Source: Acidobacteriota bacterium (GTDB lineage Bacteria; Acidobacteriota; Vicinamibacteria; Marinacidobacterales; Marinacidobacteraceae). From it: a stretch of 64,000 nucleotides of DNA. Of the stretch, positions 9,967-19,287 are shown piece after piece (positions within the stretch are counted from its first letter, which is position 1; each line of letters begins with the position of its first letter). The position numbers and the translations under genes are program-made. The stretch spans positions 13,883 through 77,882 of the forward strand of contig VXNL01000020.1 in assembly GCA_009840635.1 (NCBI GenBank). The letters run 5' to 3'. The notes under the pieces are model-generated. The model saw only the letters and a list, made by a program, of their open reading frames with translations, was not told the DNA's origin and did no database searches.

Positions 9967-10719
9967 TCACGTCCGCAGCCACAGGGCGACCGCGAAGGCG
10001 AGGGTCGCGGCCGCCACGATGAAGCGCAGGATCCGGTCGCCGGCCCGCAGGGTCAGCCGGGCGCCGACGAGGGCCCCGGCAAAGGTCCCGATGCCGAGCG
10101 CCAGGCCCACCCCCCAGTCCACGACCCCGTTCGCGGCGAATACCGACAGCGACACGATGGAGAACAGGAAGATGCAGGCCACCTTGATCGCGTTTCCGGC
10201 CACCAGCCCGTACCCCGCCCAACTGGTGGCGCCGAGCGCCAGGAACCCGACCCCCGCCTGCAGGAAACCGCCGTAGAACCCCACGACGACGAATCCCGCG
10301 AGGAGTCCGATTCCGGTCCGGGGCGGCCCCTCTCGCGTTGGTGCGTCGACGTGGAGGAGCGGGAACAGCGTGAACAGCACCATGACGATGGACAGGAAGC
10401 GGAGGAAGAGCGTCTCCCCCACGTGCACCGCCAGGGTGCTGCCGAGGCCAGCCCCGAGGATCGCCGCGAGGCCGAGCCGGACCAGCACGCCCACCGGCAG
10501 TACGTCGGCGCGGCGGAAGGCGGCCGTAGCGCCGGCGCTCTGGATCAGGATCGCGAGCCGGTTCGTGCCGTTGGCGACGGTATGGGGCAGTCCCAACAGG
10601 ATCAGCAAAGGCAGGGTGAGGAACGATCCGCCGCCGGCGACCGTGTTGAGCGCACCCGCGACGAAGCCTGCCGGAATGAGCAGCAGGGCGGCGATGACCG
10701 GATCAGCGATCGTCGCCAC
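9967..10719 (-). CDS. TauE/SafE (TSUP) family sulfite/anion exporter-like membrane protein
   Basis: About 250 aa and 7-8 TM, with [21 protein letters not shown] and [13 protein letters not shown] repeats. GTG 10719 was chosen and the start is uncertain. Confidence 0.75.
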   Translation of the reverse strand: MATIADPVIAALLLIPAGFVAGALNTVAGGGSFLTLPLLILLGLPHTVANGTNRLAILIQSAGATAAFRRADVLPVGVLVRLGLAAILGAGLGSTLAVHVGETLFLRFLSIVMVLFTLFPLLHVDAPTREGPPRTGIGLLAGFVVVGFYGGFLQAGVGFLALGATSWAGYGLVAGNAIKVACIFLFSIVSLSVFAANGVVDWGVGLALGIGTFAGALVGARLTLRAGDRILRFIVAAATLAFAVALWLRT

Positions 10720-11158
10720 CTTCCGGACTGCGGAAGTCGAGAGCCGCGGAGTTGATGCACCAGCGCTCTCCGGTCTCCCGGGGCGGGCCGTCCGGGAAGA
10801 CGTGGCCGAGGTGCGCGTCGCAGCGCGCGCAGCTCGCTTCGGTGCGCACCATGCCGAGACTGCGGTCCACCGAGGTGGCGGTCGCATCGCGGTCCGCGGG
10901 CCGCGTGAAGCTCGGCCAGCCGCTCCCGGAGTCGTACTTGTCCTTCGAGGAGAAGAGGAGCGCTCCGCAGCAGACGCAACGGTATTCCCCGTCCCTGCGA
11001 TTCGTGTAGTGAGCGCCGGTGAACGGCGGTTCGGTGGCGCCGCGGCGGGTGACGGCGAACTGTTCCGCCGTCAGTTGGCCGCGCCATTCCGCGTTGGTTT
11101 TGCGGATCTTTCCGGGCTTGGTCATGGCGTCGTCAGGCGGCGTTCGTGAGGCCGTCAC
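10703..11158 (-). CDS. msrB: peptide-methionine (R)-S-oxide reductase
   Basis: Two CxxC zinc motifs ([21 protein letters not shown]), GSGWPSF, and the catalytic RWCINS. GTG 11158 overlaps the upstream small-ORF stop (GTGA). An internal ATG at 11125 is an alternative start. Confidence 0.9.
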   Translation of the reverse strand: MTASRTPPDDAMTKPGKIRKTNAEWRGQLTAEQFAVTRRGATEPPFTGAHYTNRRDGEYRCVCCGALLFSSKDKYDSGSGWPSFTRPADRDATATSVDRSLGMVRTEASCARCDAHLGHVFPDGPPRETGERWCINSAALDFRSPEGGDDR

Positions 11159-11334
11159 CCTGCGAAGTAGGCGCGGCCGAGAATGAGCACCCAGTAGAGG
11201 ATGAGCGAGAGCACCAGGGCCCGTCCGAATTCCCGGAGCTTGTCCAGGAACCGCGCCTTCCGGGCGGCCGGAATCAGTGCGTAGATCACCGTGGCGAGCA
11301 CCGCCACGATAGCGACGTTGCGAATCCGGATCAT
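11155..11334 (-). CDS. small two-TM membrane protein (hypothetical)
   Basis: 59 aa: [59 protein letters not shown]. Two clean hydrophobic helices and a GTGA coupling to msrB. No obvious SD. Confidence 0.4.
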   Translation of the reverse strand: MIRIRNVAIVAVLATVIYALIPAARKARFLDKLREFGRALVLSLILYWVLILGRAYFAG

Positions 11335-11524
11335 CGCCCGGGAGGTTGTCGAAACAAGAACTGTGAACCCCCGCCGCCTTCCATCATAGTCCTCGGCGGG
11401 CACCCGGAAAACCCGCCCGGCAGCGGTGGGTCCGAGGTTCGTTGCGCCACCCGAAGGGTATGATCCATCGGGCCGCAGCGGCTTGATTCCAGCGGTGGCG
11501 ACCGCTGATTCCGGGAGTACGACG

Positions 11525-12394
11525 ATGCCAGACGACGAAGTGCGGGCGGACGAAATCGAGGAAGAGGACGCCTGGGGCGAAGACCCCGACGAGGCGGGGC
11601 CGCCGGCAGCGGAAACGGCCGGTTCCGCTGCTGACGGGAAGAAGCGCAACACGATTCTCGCGGTCGCCGTTGCTCTCGTGATCGCTGCCGGAGCCGGTTG
11701 GTACTTCGTTTACGGTCCGGGCAAGCCTCCCCCCCCGCCGCCGCCCGTCGTGGAGGCCGAACCCGAACCGGTCGTCGAAGAAGAACCCGAACCGGAGCTT
11801 CCCGCCCTTGACGCGAGCGACCCCTTCCTCCGGTCGCTGTTCGCGGCGATTACCGACAATCCCGACGCCCTGGCGTGGCTTCTGGGCGACGACCTGGCCC
11901 GGCGCATCGCCGTGGCCACGGACAACGTCGCCGACGGGATTTCCCCCCGGCGGGCGCTGGCCGCGCTGTCACCGACGGAATCCTTCCGCGCCGAAGGGGA
12001 CGGAGAGGAACTCCACGTCCATCCGGCCGCGTTCGCCCGCTACGACGCGGTCGCGGCCGCGCTGGAGGGAGCCGACAGCCCGGGGATGGCCCGGGTGATC
12101 CGGGAGGTGCTGCCGGTCCTCGACGCCGCCTACGCCGAGCTGGGCCGTCCCGACCGGACGTTCGCGGGGGCGCTGCTCGAGGCGCTCGACCGGATCGCGG
12201 CGGTCCCGATGCCCGAACCGCCCGTTCTGCTCGATGAGCAGATCATGCGCTACGAGTACCGCGACCCCTCGCTTGAGGACCTCGACGACGCGAGCAAGCA
12301 CCTGCTCCGGTTCGGGCCGGAGAACCAGGCCAAGGTCCAGGAAGCGGCCCGCGGACTCGCCGAACGGCTGCGCGCCGGGGGCGCACCGTTCTAG
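11525..12394 (+). CDS. DUF3014-like single-pass membrane protein
   Basis: 289 aa from ATG 11525 (GGGAG about 8 nt upstream). Acidic N-terminus, one TM (ILAVAVALVIAAGAGWYFVY), a proline/acidic linker, then a conserved-looking C-terminal domain. The family name is recalled, not searched. Confidence 0.55.
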   Translation: MPDDEVRADEIEEEDAWGEDPDEAGPPAAETAGSAADGKKRNTILAVAVALVIAAGAGWYFVYGPGKPPPPPPPVVEAEPEPVVEEEPEPELPALDASDPFLRSLFAAITDNPDALAWLLGDDLARRIAVATDNVADGISPRRALAALSPTESFRAEGDGEELHVHPAAFARYDAVAAALEGADSPGMARVIREVLPVLDAAYAELGRPDRTFAGALLEALDRIAAVPMPEPPVLLDEQIMRYEYRDPSLEDLDDASKHLLRFGPENQAKVQEAARGLAERLRAGGAPF

Positions 12395-12442
12395 CGGCCG
12401 CACGCCGTCCCACCGCCAGCTCCCGCGCCCCGGTTCCATCGC

Positions 12443-12712
12443 ATGCCGTCCGTCCATTTCACACCGAACCTTCGGCGGCACCTGCGCGTAGATAGCACCG
12501 AGGTCGAGGGCCACACGGTGTCGGACGCGCTTTCCCGGGTGTTTCGCGACAACCCCGACCTGCGCTCCTACGTCCTCGACGATCAGGGACGCCTCCGCAC
12601 CCACGTGGTGATCTACGTGGACGGCCGTGCGGTCCGGGATCGGACAGAGCTTGGCGATGCGGTCGGAGAGGGCGCGGAAATCCACGTGATGCAGGCGCTG
12701 TCCGGAGGCTGA
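12443..12712 (+). CDS. MoaD/ThiS-family beta-grasp sulfur-carrier-like protein (C-terminal GG)
   Basis: 89 aa ending ...EIHVMQALSGG immediately before the stop. Length and C-terminal di-glycine are typical of the family. Confidence 0.7.
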   Translation: MPSVHFTPNLRRHLRVDSTEVEGHTVSDALSRVFRDNPDLRSYVLDDQGRLRTHVVIYVDGRAVRDRTELGDAVGEGAEIHVMQALSGG

Positions 12713-12723
12713 TCGCCCAACCG

Positions 12724-13800
12724 ATGCTCCTCCACCTGGGAACCCGCAAGGGGTACCTCGCGCTGCGCCGCTTCGGGACGGGCGACTGGCGATGCGAACG
12801 CACCGCCTTCATCGGGGACCCGGTCTCCCAGCTGCTGCCGGACCCGCGTGACGGGCGGCTCTACGCGGCGCTCAACCTCGGGCATTTCGGCGTCAAGCTC
12901 CGGGTCTCGGAAGACCGTGGCGCCTCGTTCACCGAGCTGCCGGCGCCGGCCTACGCGAAGGAGGAGTCCTCGGCGGAGAAGGCGCCGTCCGTGGATCTCC
13001 TCTGGTGTCTCGAACCCGCCGGTCCCGATCCCGGGTCGCTCTGGTGCGGAACCATTCCCGGCGGACTCTTCCGTTCGGATGACGGAGGCCGCTCCTGGGC
13101 CCTGAACGAGGCGCTGTGGAACCAGCCGAGCCGCGAGCGGTGGTTCGGCGGCGGCTATCCGCATCCCGGAATCCACTCGGTGCTGGTTGCGCCGGACGGC
13201 AATCGGGTCGTCGCCGGGGTTTCCTGCGGCGGCGTCTGGATCAGCGAGGACGCCGGCGAATCCTGGCGGGTACGGACGGAGGGCATGTTCGCGGAGTACA
13301 TGCCGCCCGAGATGCGGGAGGACCCCGCCATCCAGGATCCGCACCGGCTCGCGTGGTGCGACGGGGACCGCCGCCGGATCTGGTGTCAGCACCACAACGG
13401 CTTCTTCCGTTCCGACGACGGCGGCGAGACCTGGACCAGTCTCGAAGTGCCACCCTCGTCCTTCGGGTTTGCGGTTGCCGCCCATCCAGGCGATCCGCAG
13501 ATTGCCTGGAGCGTTCCCCTGGTCAAGGACGAATGCCGGGTCCCGGTCGATCGCCGGATGGTGGTGGCGCGCACCCGGGACGGTGGAGCGAGCTGGGAGT
13601 CGGTGGGCCGCGGCCTGCCGGAGGGCGATTCCTTCGCGGTGGTGTATCGCCACGGCCTCGACATCCATCCCGACGAAGCCGTCCTCGCCATGGCCACCAC
13701 CACCGGAGCGCTCTGGATCTCCGAGGATCTCGGGGATTCGTGGGACCTCGTAACGTCGGAACTGGCCCCCGTCTATTGCGTCCGGTTCGACCGTCCCTAG
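12724..13800 (+). CDS. BNR/Asp-box repeat beta-propeller protein (sialidase-like fold, no signal peptide seen)
   Basis: 358 aa with repeated S-x-D-x-G-x-T/S-W boxes: SEDRGASF, SDDGGRSW, SEDAGESW, SDDGGETW, TRDGGASW, SEDLGDSW. Confidence 0.7.
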   Translation: MLLHLGTRKGYLALRRFGTGDWRCERTAFIGDPVSQLLPDPRDGRLYAALNLGHFGVKLRVSEDRGASFTELPAPAYAKEESSAEKAPSVDLLWCLEPAGPDPGSLWCGTIPGGLFRSDDGGRSWALNEALWNQPSRERWFGGGYPHPGIHSVLVAPDGNRVVAGVSCGGVWISEDAGESWRVRTEGMFAEYMPPEMREDPAIQDPHRLAWCDGDRRRIWCQHHNGFFRSDDGGETWTSLEVPPSSFGFAVAAHPGDPQIAWSVPLVKDECRVPVDRRMVVARTRDGGASWESVGRGLPEGDSFAVVYRHGLDIHPDEAVLAMATTTGALWISEDLGDSWDLVTSELAPVYCVRFDRP

Positions 13801-13904
13801 CCGGCCCCGCCGCGCCCGGCGCGGGAGTGGCGGGAGGTGTTCCCGAGCGAATACACTCCGCAAATTCTGTCCACCGGCGGGTCCGGTGGCCGGGGTGAGC
13901 CCCT

Positions 13905-15446
13905 TTGAACGATTCTCCGCATCTTCCCTTCCACGACCTCGTCCGGCGGCTGGACCTCCGGCTGCGGGTGCTGGGTCTGGTGCGGGATTTCGCTTTCGTT
14001 GCCGGCGCCGTCGCGCTCTCCCTCCTGCTCCCTCGGCTCGTCGGCGACGGCATCCCGTGGCTCCCGGTGGTGGTGGCGGCAGTCGGCGCCGGCATCCTCT
14101 GTTATCGCGGCCTGTCGGGTCTGCGGACCGGGGCCGGTCTCGGGAGAGCCGCCGCCGCCGGAGACCGCGCGGGCGACCTGCACGACGAACTCTCATCCGC
14201 GCAGTGTTTTTCCGACACCGCGTCGCCGACCAGGTGGGAGCTTCACCAGATCGAGCGCGCGCGTGAGCGGGCCGACACGCTGGACGCCGCCGAACTCCTC
14301 CCCTTCCAGGTTCCGCGGGCGAGCATCGCGGCGACCGCCGTGCTGGCCGCCCTCGCGGTCATCCTCCCCTTTACCCACGGGCCGCTGGTTTCGGAAGCCC
14401 TCCGGGCCCGGATCGCCGCCGGACTCGACAATCTGGGAGGGGATCCCGCGGGAGAGGATCCGGCGGCGGGACCGGACGCGTTCGAGGACGCCGCGGACGC
14501 CCGGGTGGAGGCCCGGTCGCCCGAGGAGATCCTGGCCGAGCTGCGCGCCGGCGAGCTGCGGCTTCCCGAGGAATCGGCCGACGACCTGGATGCGCTCCAG
14601 GCGGCGCTGACGGCGGCCATGGAGGAACGGGCCCTGCAGGAGACGAGCGAGGAGGTTTCCGCCGCGCTCGCGGGACTCGCGGAGGCCATGGACGCGGACT
14701 CGCTCACCGCCGCCGAATGGCTCGAGAGCCTGTCCGAGGCCATGCGCTCCGCGAACACGCCGGAAGAGCTCCAGGCGCTTCTCGAATCGCTCGAGCAGGG
14801 AGCGGACGGCGACGCGCTGAGCGCGGCCGCCGCGGAAATGATGGAGCTGATGGAGGGAGGGTTGAGCGCCGACGAGGCCCTGCAGCAACTCGCCGAGAAC
14901 CTCCAGGCGATGGATGGCGAGGCGATGAACGGCCAGGGCATGAGCGAAGCGCAGCAGATGCCGTTCCCGGGCGACGGCGAAGGCGGACAGCCCCAGGCCG
15001 GGGAGGGTGGCGAGCCCGCGGCGGGAATGCCGCAGGGAGCCGCCGGACTCTCGGGGCAGGTGCAGATGATGGCCGCCGAGGGCCAGATGGGGGCGCCGAT
15101 CCCGATGGACGCGGGGCCCGCGGGCAACATGACCGGCCCCGGCGGGGGCGGCGAGTCCGAGGTGTTCGGCGCCGCCACCAGCCTCGAGGTCCAGCTCGAG
15201 ATGGAGGCCATTCCGGCTCCGCTCGACGAGGAGCCCGTTCCCGAGCAGATGATCGAGCGGCAGAGCCGCCGCGAGGACGCGACCGTCGCCTACGACTCGG
15301 TGAGTTCCCTTTCCGAATACGCCGACGAGAATGTTTCCCGGACCCGCCCGATCCCCACGGGGCTCCGGCCCCTGGTCCGCGCCTACTTCCTCATGATCCG
15401 CGAGACGGCCAAGGCGGATGCCCCCGAAGGAGCAGAAGAAGAATGA
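13905..15446 (+). CDS. membrane protein with long acidic low-complexity C-terminal region (first gene of the MoxR operon)
   Basis: 513 aa. Two N-terminal TM segments, a third around aa 150, then an E/A/L/M/G-rich region. The stop overlaps the moxR start (ATGA 15443-15446). TTG start, uncertain. Confidence 0.6.
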   Translation: MNDSPHLPFHDLVRRLDLRLRVLGLVRDFAFVAGAVALSLLLPRLVGDGIPWLPVVVAAVGAGILCYRGLSGLRTGAGLGRAAAAGDRAGDLHDELSSAQCFSDTASPTRWELHQIERARERADTLDAAELLPFQVPRASIAATAVLAALAVILPFTHGPLVSEALRARIAAGLDNLGGDPAGEDPAAGPDAFEDAADARVEARSPEEILAELRAGELRLPEESADDLDALQAALTAAMEERALQETSEEVSAALAGLAEAMDADSLTAAEWLESLSEAMRSANTPEELQALLESLEQGADGDALSAAAAEMMELMEGGLSADEALQQLAENLQAMDGEAMNGQGMSEAQQMPFPGDGEGGQPQAGEGGEPAAGMPQGAAGLSGQVQMMAAEGQMGAPIPMDAGPAGNMTGPGGGGESEVFGAATSLEVQLEMEAIPAPLDEEPVPEQMIERQSRREDATVAYDSVSSLSEYADENVSRTRPIPTGLRPLVRAYFLMIRETAKADAPEGAEEE

Positions 15447-16465
15447 CCCCGGAAACCGCACTGGCGGACCCGGCTTTCGACATCGAGAGCCGGGTCGAGG
15501 CGTTTCGCGATCGCCACGATCGCATCCAGGCCGAGGTCGGACGCGTCATCGTCGGCAACCAGGAAGTCATCAGCGGGATCATCACCTGCCTGCTCACTCG
15601 CGGACACGTGCTGCTCGAGGGCATCCCGGGCCTCGGCAAGACCAAGATCGTCCAGACCCTTTCCGAGGCCATGCACCTCAAGTTCAACCGGGTGCAGTTC
15701 ACGCCGGACCTGATGCCCGGCGACATCCTCGGGACCAACGTGGTCCGGGAGACGGACACCGGCGCCAAGATCCTGGACTTCCAGCCGGGGCCCATCTTCT
15801 GCAACCTGATGCTCGCGGACGAGGTCAACCGGGCGACCCCGAAGTCGCAGTCGGCCCTCCTCGAGGCCATGCAGGAGAAGAGCGTTTCGGTCGGCAACAA
15901 GACCCACAAGCTTGAGGAGCCCTTCTTCGTGATGGCCACCCAGAACCCCATCGAGCTCGAAGGCACCTACCCGCTGCCCGAGGCGCAGATGGACCGCTTC
16001 CTGATGAAGCTGCGGATCGGATACCCGAGCGAGGACGAGCTGCGGGAGATCGTGGAGCGGACGACCACGGTAGACGAGTTGAGAGCCCGGCCGATGGTGA
16101 CCCGGGACGAGGTTCTCGAGATGCGGGACACCGTGCTGTCCGTTCCCATCGCCCGTCCCATCGAGGACTACGCCATCCGGCTGACCATGGGGACCCACCC
16201 GGGGTCGAAGTACGCACACGCGCTGACGAACCGCTACGTCAAGTTCGGCGCCAGTCCGCGGGGGACCCAGGCGCTCGTCCTCTCCGGGAAGTTCCTGGCG
16301 CTCCTTCGAGGCCGGGTGCACGTCGCCGCGGAGGACGTCCGGGACAGCGTCTTCCCGACGCTTCGCCACCGGCTGCTGCTCAACTTCGAGGGAGAGGCCG
16401 ACAAGGTGGACACCGACGACATCCTTCGCGAGATCATCGCCACGATCGATCCGCCCGGCGCCTGA
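15443..16465 (+). CDS. MoxR-family AAA+ ATPase
   Basis: 340 aa with Walker A LEGIPGLGKTK, Walker B LLADEVNRATPKSQSALLEAMQE, and the MoxR C-terminal lid. Confidence 0.9.
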   Translation: MTPETALADPAFDIESRVEAFRDRHDRIQAEVGRVIVGNQEVISGIITCLLTRGHVLLEGIPGLGKTKIVQTLSEAMHLKFNRVQFTPDLMPGDILGTNVVRETDTGAKILDFQPGPIFCNLMLADEVNRATPKSQSALLEAMQEKSVSVGNKTHKLEEPFFVMATQNPIELEGTYPLPEAQMDRFLMKLRIGYPSEDELREIVERTTTVDELRARPMVTRDEVLEMRDTVLSVPIARPIEDYAIRLTMGTHPGSKYAHALTNRYVKFGASPRGTQALVLSGKFLALLRGRVHVAAEDVRDSVFPTLRHRLLLNFEGEADKVDTDDILREIIATIDPPGA

Positions 16466-16526
16466 CAGTCCGGCGCTTCGCCGTTCTCGGTACTCACGCC
16501 ACGCTCACCACGGGTTGTCAGCCGGC

Positions 16527-17414
16527 ATGAGCAATTCGAACACGCTCTTCGACAACGACTTCATGGAGCGGCTCGAGTACCTGAAGCTCATGGCCACCCG
16601 GATGCTCCCGAGCCGGCACCGCGGCGAACACCGCGCCCGCAAGCGCGGATCCGGCATCGAGCTCGCCGACTACCGGCCCTACGTGGACGGGGACGACACG
16701 CGCGACGTGGACTGGAAGGCGTTCCTCCGGCTCGACAAGCTGGTGCTTCGGATCTTCGACGAGGAGGCGGACCTGCCTGTCTACCTGTTCGTGGACCGCA
16801 GCGCTTCCATGGCGTTCGGGGACCCTCCCAAGTTCGACTTCGCCCGCAAAATGGCCGGGGCGCTCTCCTACATCGGCCTGATGAATCACGATCTCATTTC
16901 GATCGTCTGGTACGGCCGGAAGATCGACGGGTGGATGGCGCCGAAACGGGGACGGAACCAGATCTTCCGGGCCTTCCGGTTCCTCGACGCGGGAGACACC
17001 GGCGGCGCCACCTCGCTCGCGGCGTGTTTCCGGACCTTCTTCGGCTCGCGCCGCAAGCGCGGACTGGCGGTGGTGCTCTCGGACCTCATGGACGAGGAAG
17101 ACCTGCTGGGGGCGTTCGACGCCTGCCGCTACCAGAAGCACGACATGTTCGTCGTCCAGGTGCTCACGCCGGAGGAGCTCGACCCGGCGCTTCCCGACGA
17201 GGCGTTGCTCACCGACAGCGAAGACGGCTCCGAACGCCGGGTTCGGGTCACCCCGAGACTGCTCGACCGCTACCAGAAAGCACTCGCCGAGCATCAGGAA
17301 AAGGTCGAGGAGTACTGCTCCCGCTACGGGTTCGGATTCTGCGTCGCGAACAGCGGCGAGCCCTTCGAGGACGCCGTCATGGCGATCTTCAAGACGGACC
17401 GGTTCATCCGGTAG
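16527..17414 (+). CDS. DUF58 domain protein (vWA-like, MoxR partner)
   Basis: Contains GEHRARKRGSGIELADYRPYVDGDDTRDVDWKA and VYLFVDRSASM, the classic DUF58 signature. ATG 16527 (the track uses TTG 16515). Confidence 0.85.
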   Translation: MSNSNTLFDNDFMERLEYLKLMATRMLPSRHRGEHRARKRGSGIELADYRPYVDGDDTRDVDWKAFLRLDKLVLRIFDEEADLPVYLFVDRSASMAFGDPPKFDFARKMAGALSYIGLMNHDLISIVWYGRKIDGWMAPKRGRNQIFRAFRFLDAGDTGGATSLAACFRTFFGSRRKRGLAVVLSDLMDEEDLLGAFDACRYQKHDMFVVQVLTPEELDPALPDEALLTDSEDGSERRVRVTPRLLDRYQKALAEHQEKVEEYCSRYGFGFCVANSGEPFEDAVMAIFKTDRFIR

Positions 17415-17426
17415 CCGGGGACCGCG

Positions 17427-19283
17427 ATGGGCTTCGGCGCCGCCCCGCTGCTGATCGCGCTCGGCGTCCTGCTGACCGCGGGCATCATCGTGGTGCTCTA
17501 TTGGGTCCGGCCGGAGCCTCAGCCGGTGGTGGTTCCCTCGAACCTCATCTGGCGCCGGGTCCTCGACGAACGCCGGCGCCGCGAGGACTTCTGGCGCTGG
17601 CTCGTTTCGCTGGTGATTGCGCTCCTGGCCGGACTCGCCGTGATCCTGGCCATGGCGCAGCCGCTACCCGAGGGCGCCGCCCGGGGCGGCCGGATCGTCG
17701 TGGTGATGGACACGGCGCCGAGCATGGCGGCCGCGCTCCCCGGAGGGGGGACGCGCTGGGAACAGGCGGCGGAGCAGGTGCGGCGCATCCTGACCGGCAG
17801 CAGCGAGACCAGTGAATTCCTGCTGCTCGACACCGCCGGAGATCGCGGCGGGCGTTCCTTCATCGGCCGGCGGGAGGCGTTCGAGGCCCTCGACGAGCTC
17901 GGTCCGGTGCACGGCCGGGAGCACCGCTTTCCCGATGTGGCGGATCTGCTCGGGTCGGGATCCGCTGCCGCCCCGGCGGCCGACGTGATCTTCGTCGGGG
18001 ACGGGGTGTACGTGCCGGAAGCGCCCGAGGGCGTGGAGCGCATCTCGGTCTTCGAGTCGGTGCCGAACGCCGGGATCACGGCGTTCGACGTCCGTCCGCT
18101 GCCGTCCGATCCGGGCCGTTTCGAGGCGTTCATCGAGGTCGTGCGGCACCCGGCCGGCGAGGATGACGCGGGGGTCGTGGTCCTCCAGATTGACGGTGCG
18201 GGTGGCGCCTCCGCACGCCGGACGCTCCGGCCCGACCCCGGAACGCCGCTTGGCGAAACGGTGCCGCTGACCGGATTCGTCGCCGGACCGGTGCGCGCCG
18301 TGATTGCGATCTCCGGCGAGGACGGCCTGCCGGCCGACGACGTGGCGCACGCTTACATCCCGGCCCGGAACCGGCTCCGGGTGCTCCTCGCCGGGGGGCC
18401 GAACCCCTTCTGGGAGGCGGCCCTGCGCCTCGATCCCCGGGTCAGTCTGTCCATGGCGCCCCCGGGTCCGGACGCGCTTGCCGATCTCGATTCCGGCTCG
18501 CTGGACCTCGTGGTCGTCGAGGGTGCGCCCCCGGAGGTGATGCCGCCGGTGCCGGTGCTCTTCGCCGGGTCCGGCAGCGCCGGGTGGCTCCCCCCGCGTC
18601 GCGCGAGCGAGGCGGCGAGTCCGGGGGACGAAGAGGGAACGACGGTCATGCTCCCCGTGGTGCGGGGGCAGGCGGAACACCCGCTCCTCCGGGACCTCAA
18701 CTTCGAGGACGCGCTGGCCAGGGACGTGGCGGCGTTCGACGCGGCCTCGCTCGGGGACCGGGGCCCGTGGACGCTGCTGCTCGGCGACTCGCGTCTCGGG
18801 CTGCTCGCGGCGCGTGAGAGCCCCCTGCGCAGTCTGGCGTTCGCTTTCCCGATCGCCCGGTCCAATCTGCCGCTCCAGGCGGATTTCCCGCTGCTGCTCT
18901 CCCGGGCCCTGAGCTGGCTGACGGACGTGGACGTCCGCCGCGTCGGGCTGGGGCAGGCCCGGGTGGCGATGGCCGCCGGCGCCATTTTCGATGCCGAAGG
19001 CCGGGAGGTGCCGTCCCGGCGCCTGGGCTCCGAGATTTCCTTCGACGCCAGCGAGCCTTCCCTCTATTACGCCGCCGGCGGCGGGCGTGAGGTCGTGGTG
19101 GCGGCGAGCCTGCTCGACCGGCGCGCCTCAAGCCTGAACCAGTCCGCGTGGGCCGGTGAACCTCCGGCCTCCCTGGCGCCGGCGGGAACCGTCGCGAGCG
19201 CCATCTGGCCGATCCTCGCGCTGTTCGCGCTCCTGTTGATCGTTGCCGAGTGGGTCGCCTTCCACCGCCACGCGACGGTCTGA
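17427..19283 (+). CDS. BatA-like protein (aerotolerance-regulator N-terminal domain + vWA-like domain, C-terminal TM anchor)
   Basis: 618 aa. N-terminal double TM with WRRVLDERRRREDFWRW, RIVVVMDTAPSM (DxSxS-like), and a C-terminal TM WPILALFALLLIVAEWVAF. Confidence 0.75.
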   Translation: MGFGAAPLLIALGVLLTAGIIVVLYWVRPEPQPVVVPSNLIWRRVLDERRRREDFWRWLVSLVIALLAGLAVILAMAQPLPEGAARGGRIVVVMDTAPSMAAALPGGGTRWEQAAEQVRRILTGSSETSEFLLLDTAGDRGGRSFIGRREAFEALDELGPVHGREHRFPDVADLLGSGSAAAPAADVIFVGDGVYVPEAPEGVERISVFESVPNAGITAFDVRPLPSDPGRFEAFIEVVRHPAGEDDAGVVVLQIDGAGGASARRTLRPDPGTPLGETVPLTGFVAGPVRAVIAISGEDGLPADDVAHAYIPARNRLRVLLAGGPNPFWEAALRLDPRVSLSMAPPGPDALADLDSGSLDLVVVEGAPPEVMPPVPVLFAGSGSAGWLPPRRASEAASPGDEEGTTVMLPVVRGQAEHPLLRDLNFEDALARDVAAFDAASLGDRGPWTLLLGDSRLGLLAARESPLRSLAFAFPIARSNLPLQADFPLLLSRALSWLTDVDVRRVGLGQARVAMAAGAIFDAEGREVPSRRLGSEISFDASEPSLYYAAGGGREVVVAASLLDRRASSLNQSAWAGEPPASLAPAGTVASAIWPILALFALLLIVAEWVAFHRHATV

Positions 19284-19287
19284 GCGC

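Noticed and set aside
11335-11524. SAM or other riboswitch upstream of the msrB/metXY chain
   Set aside because: I could not match the sequence to any riboswitch consensus I know. It needs a covariance-model scan before any claim can be made.
12613-14196. 527-aa minus-strand ORF
   Set aside because: It is antisense to the BNR/Asp-box protein, whose six S-x-D-x-G-x-T-W boxes identify the true frame. The composition is R/G/P-rich.
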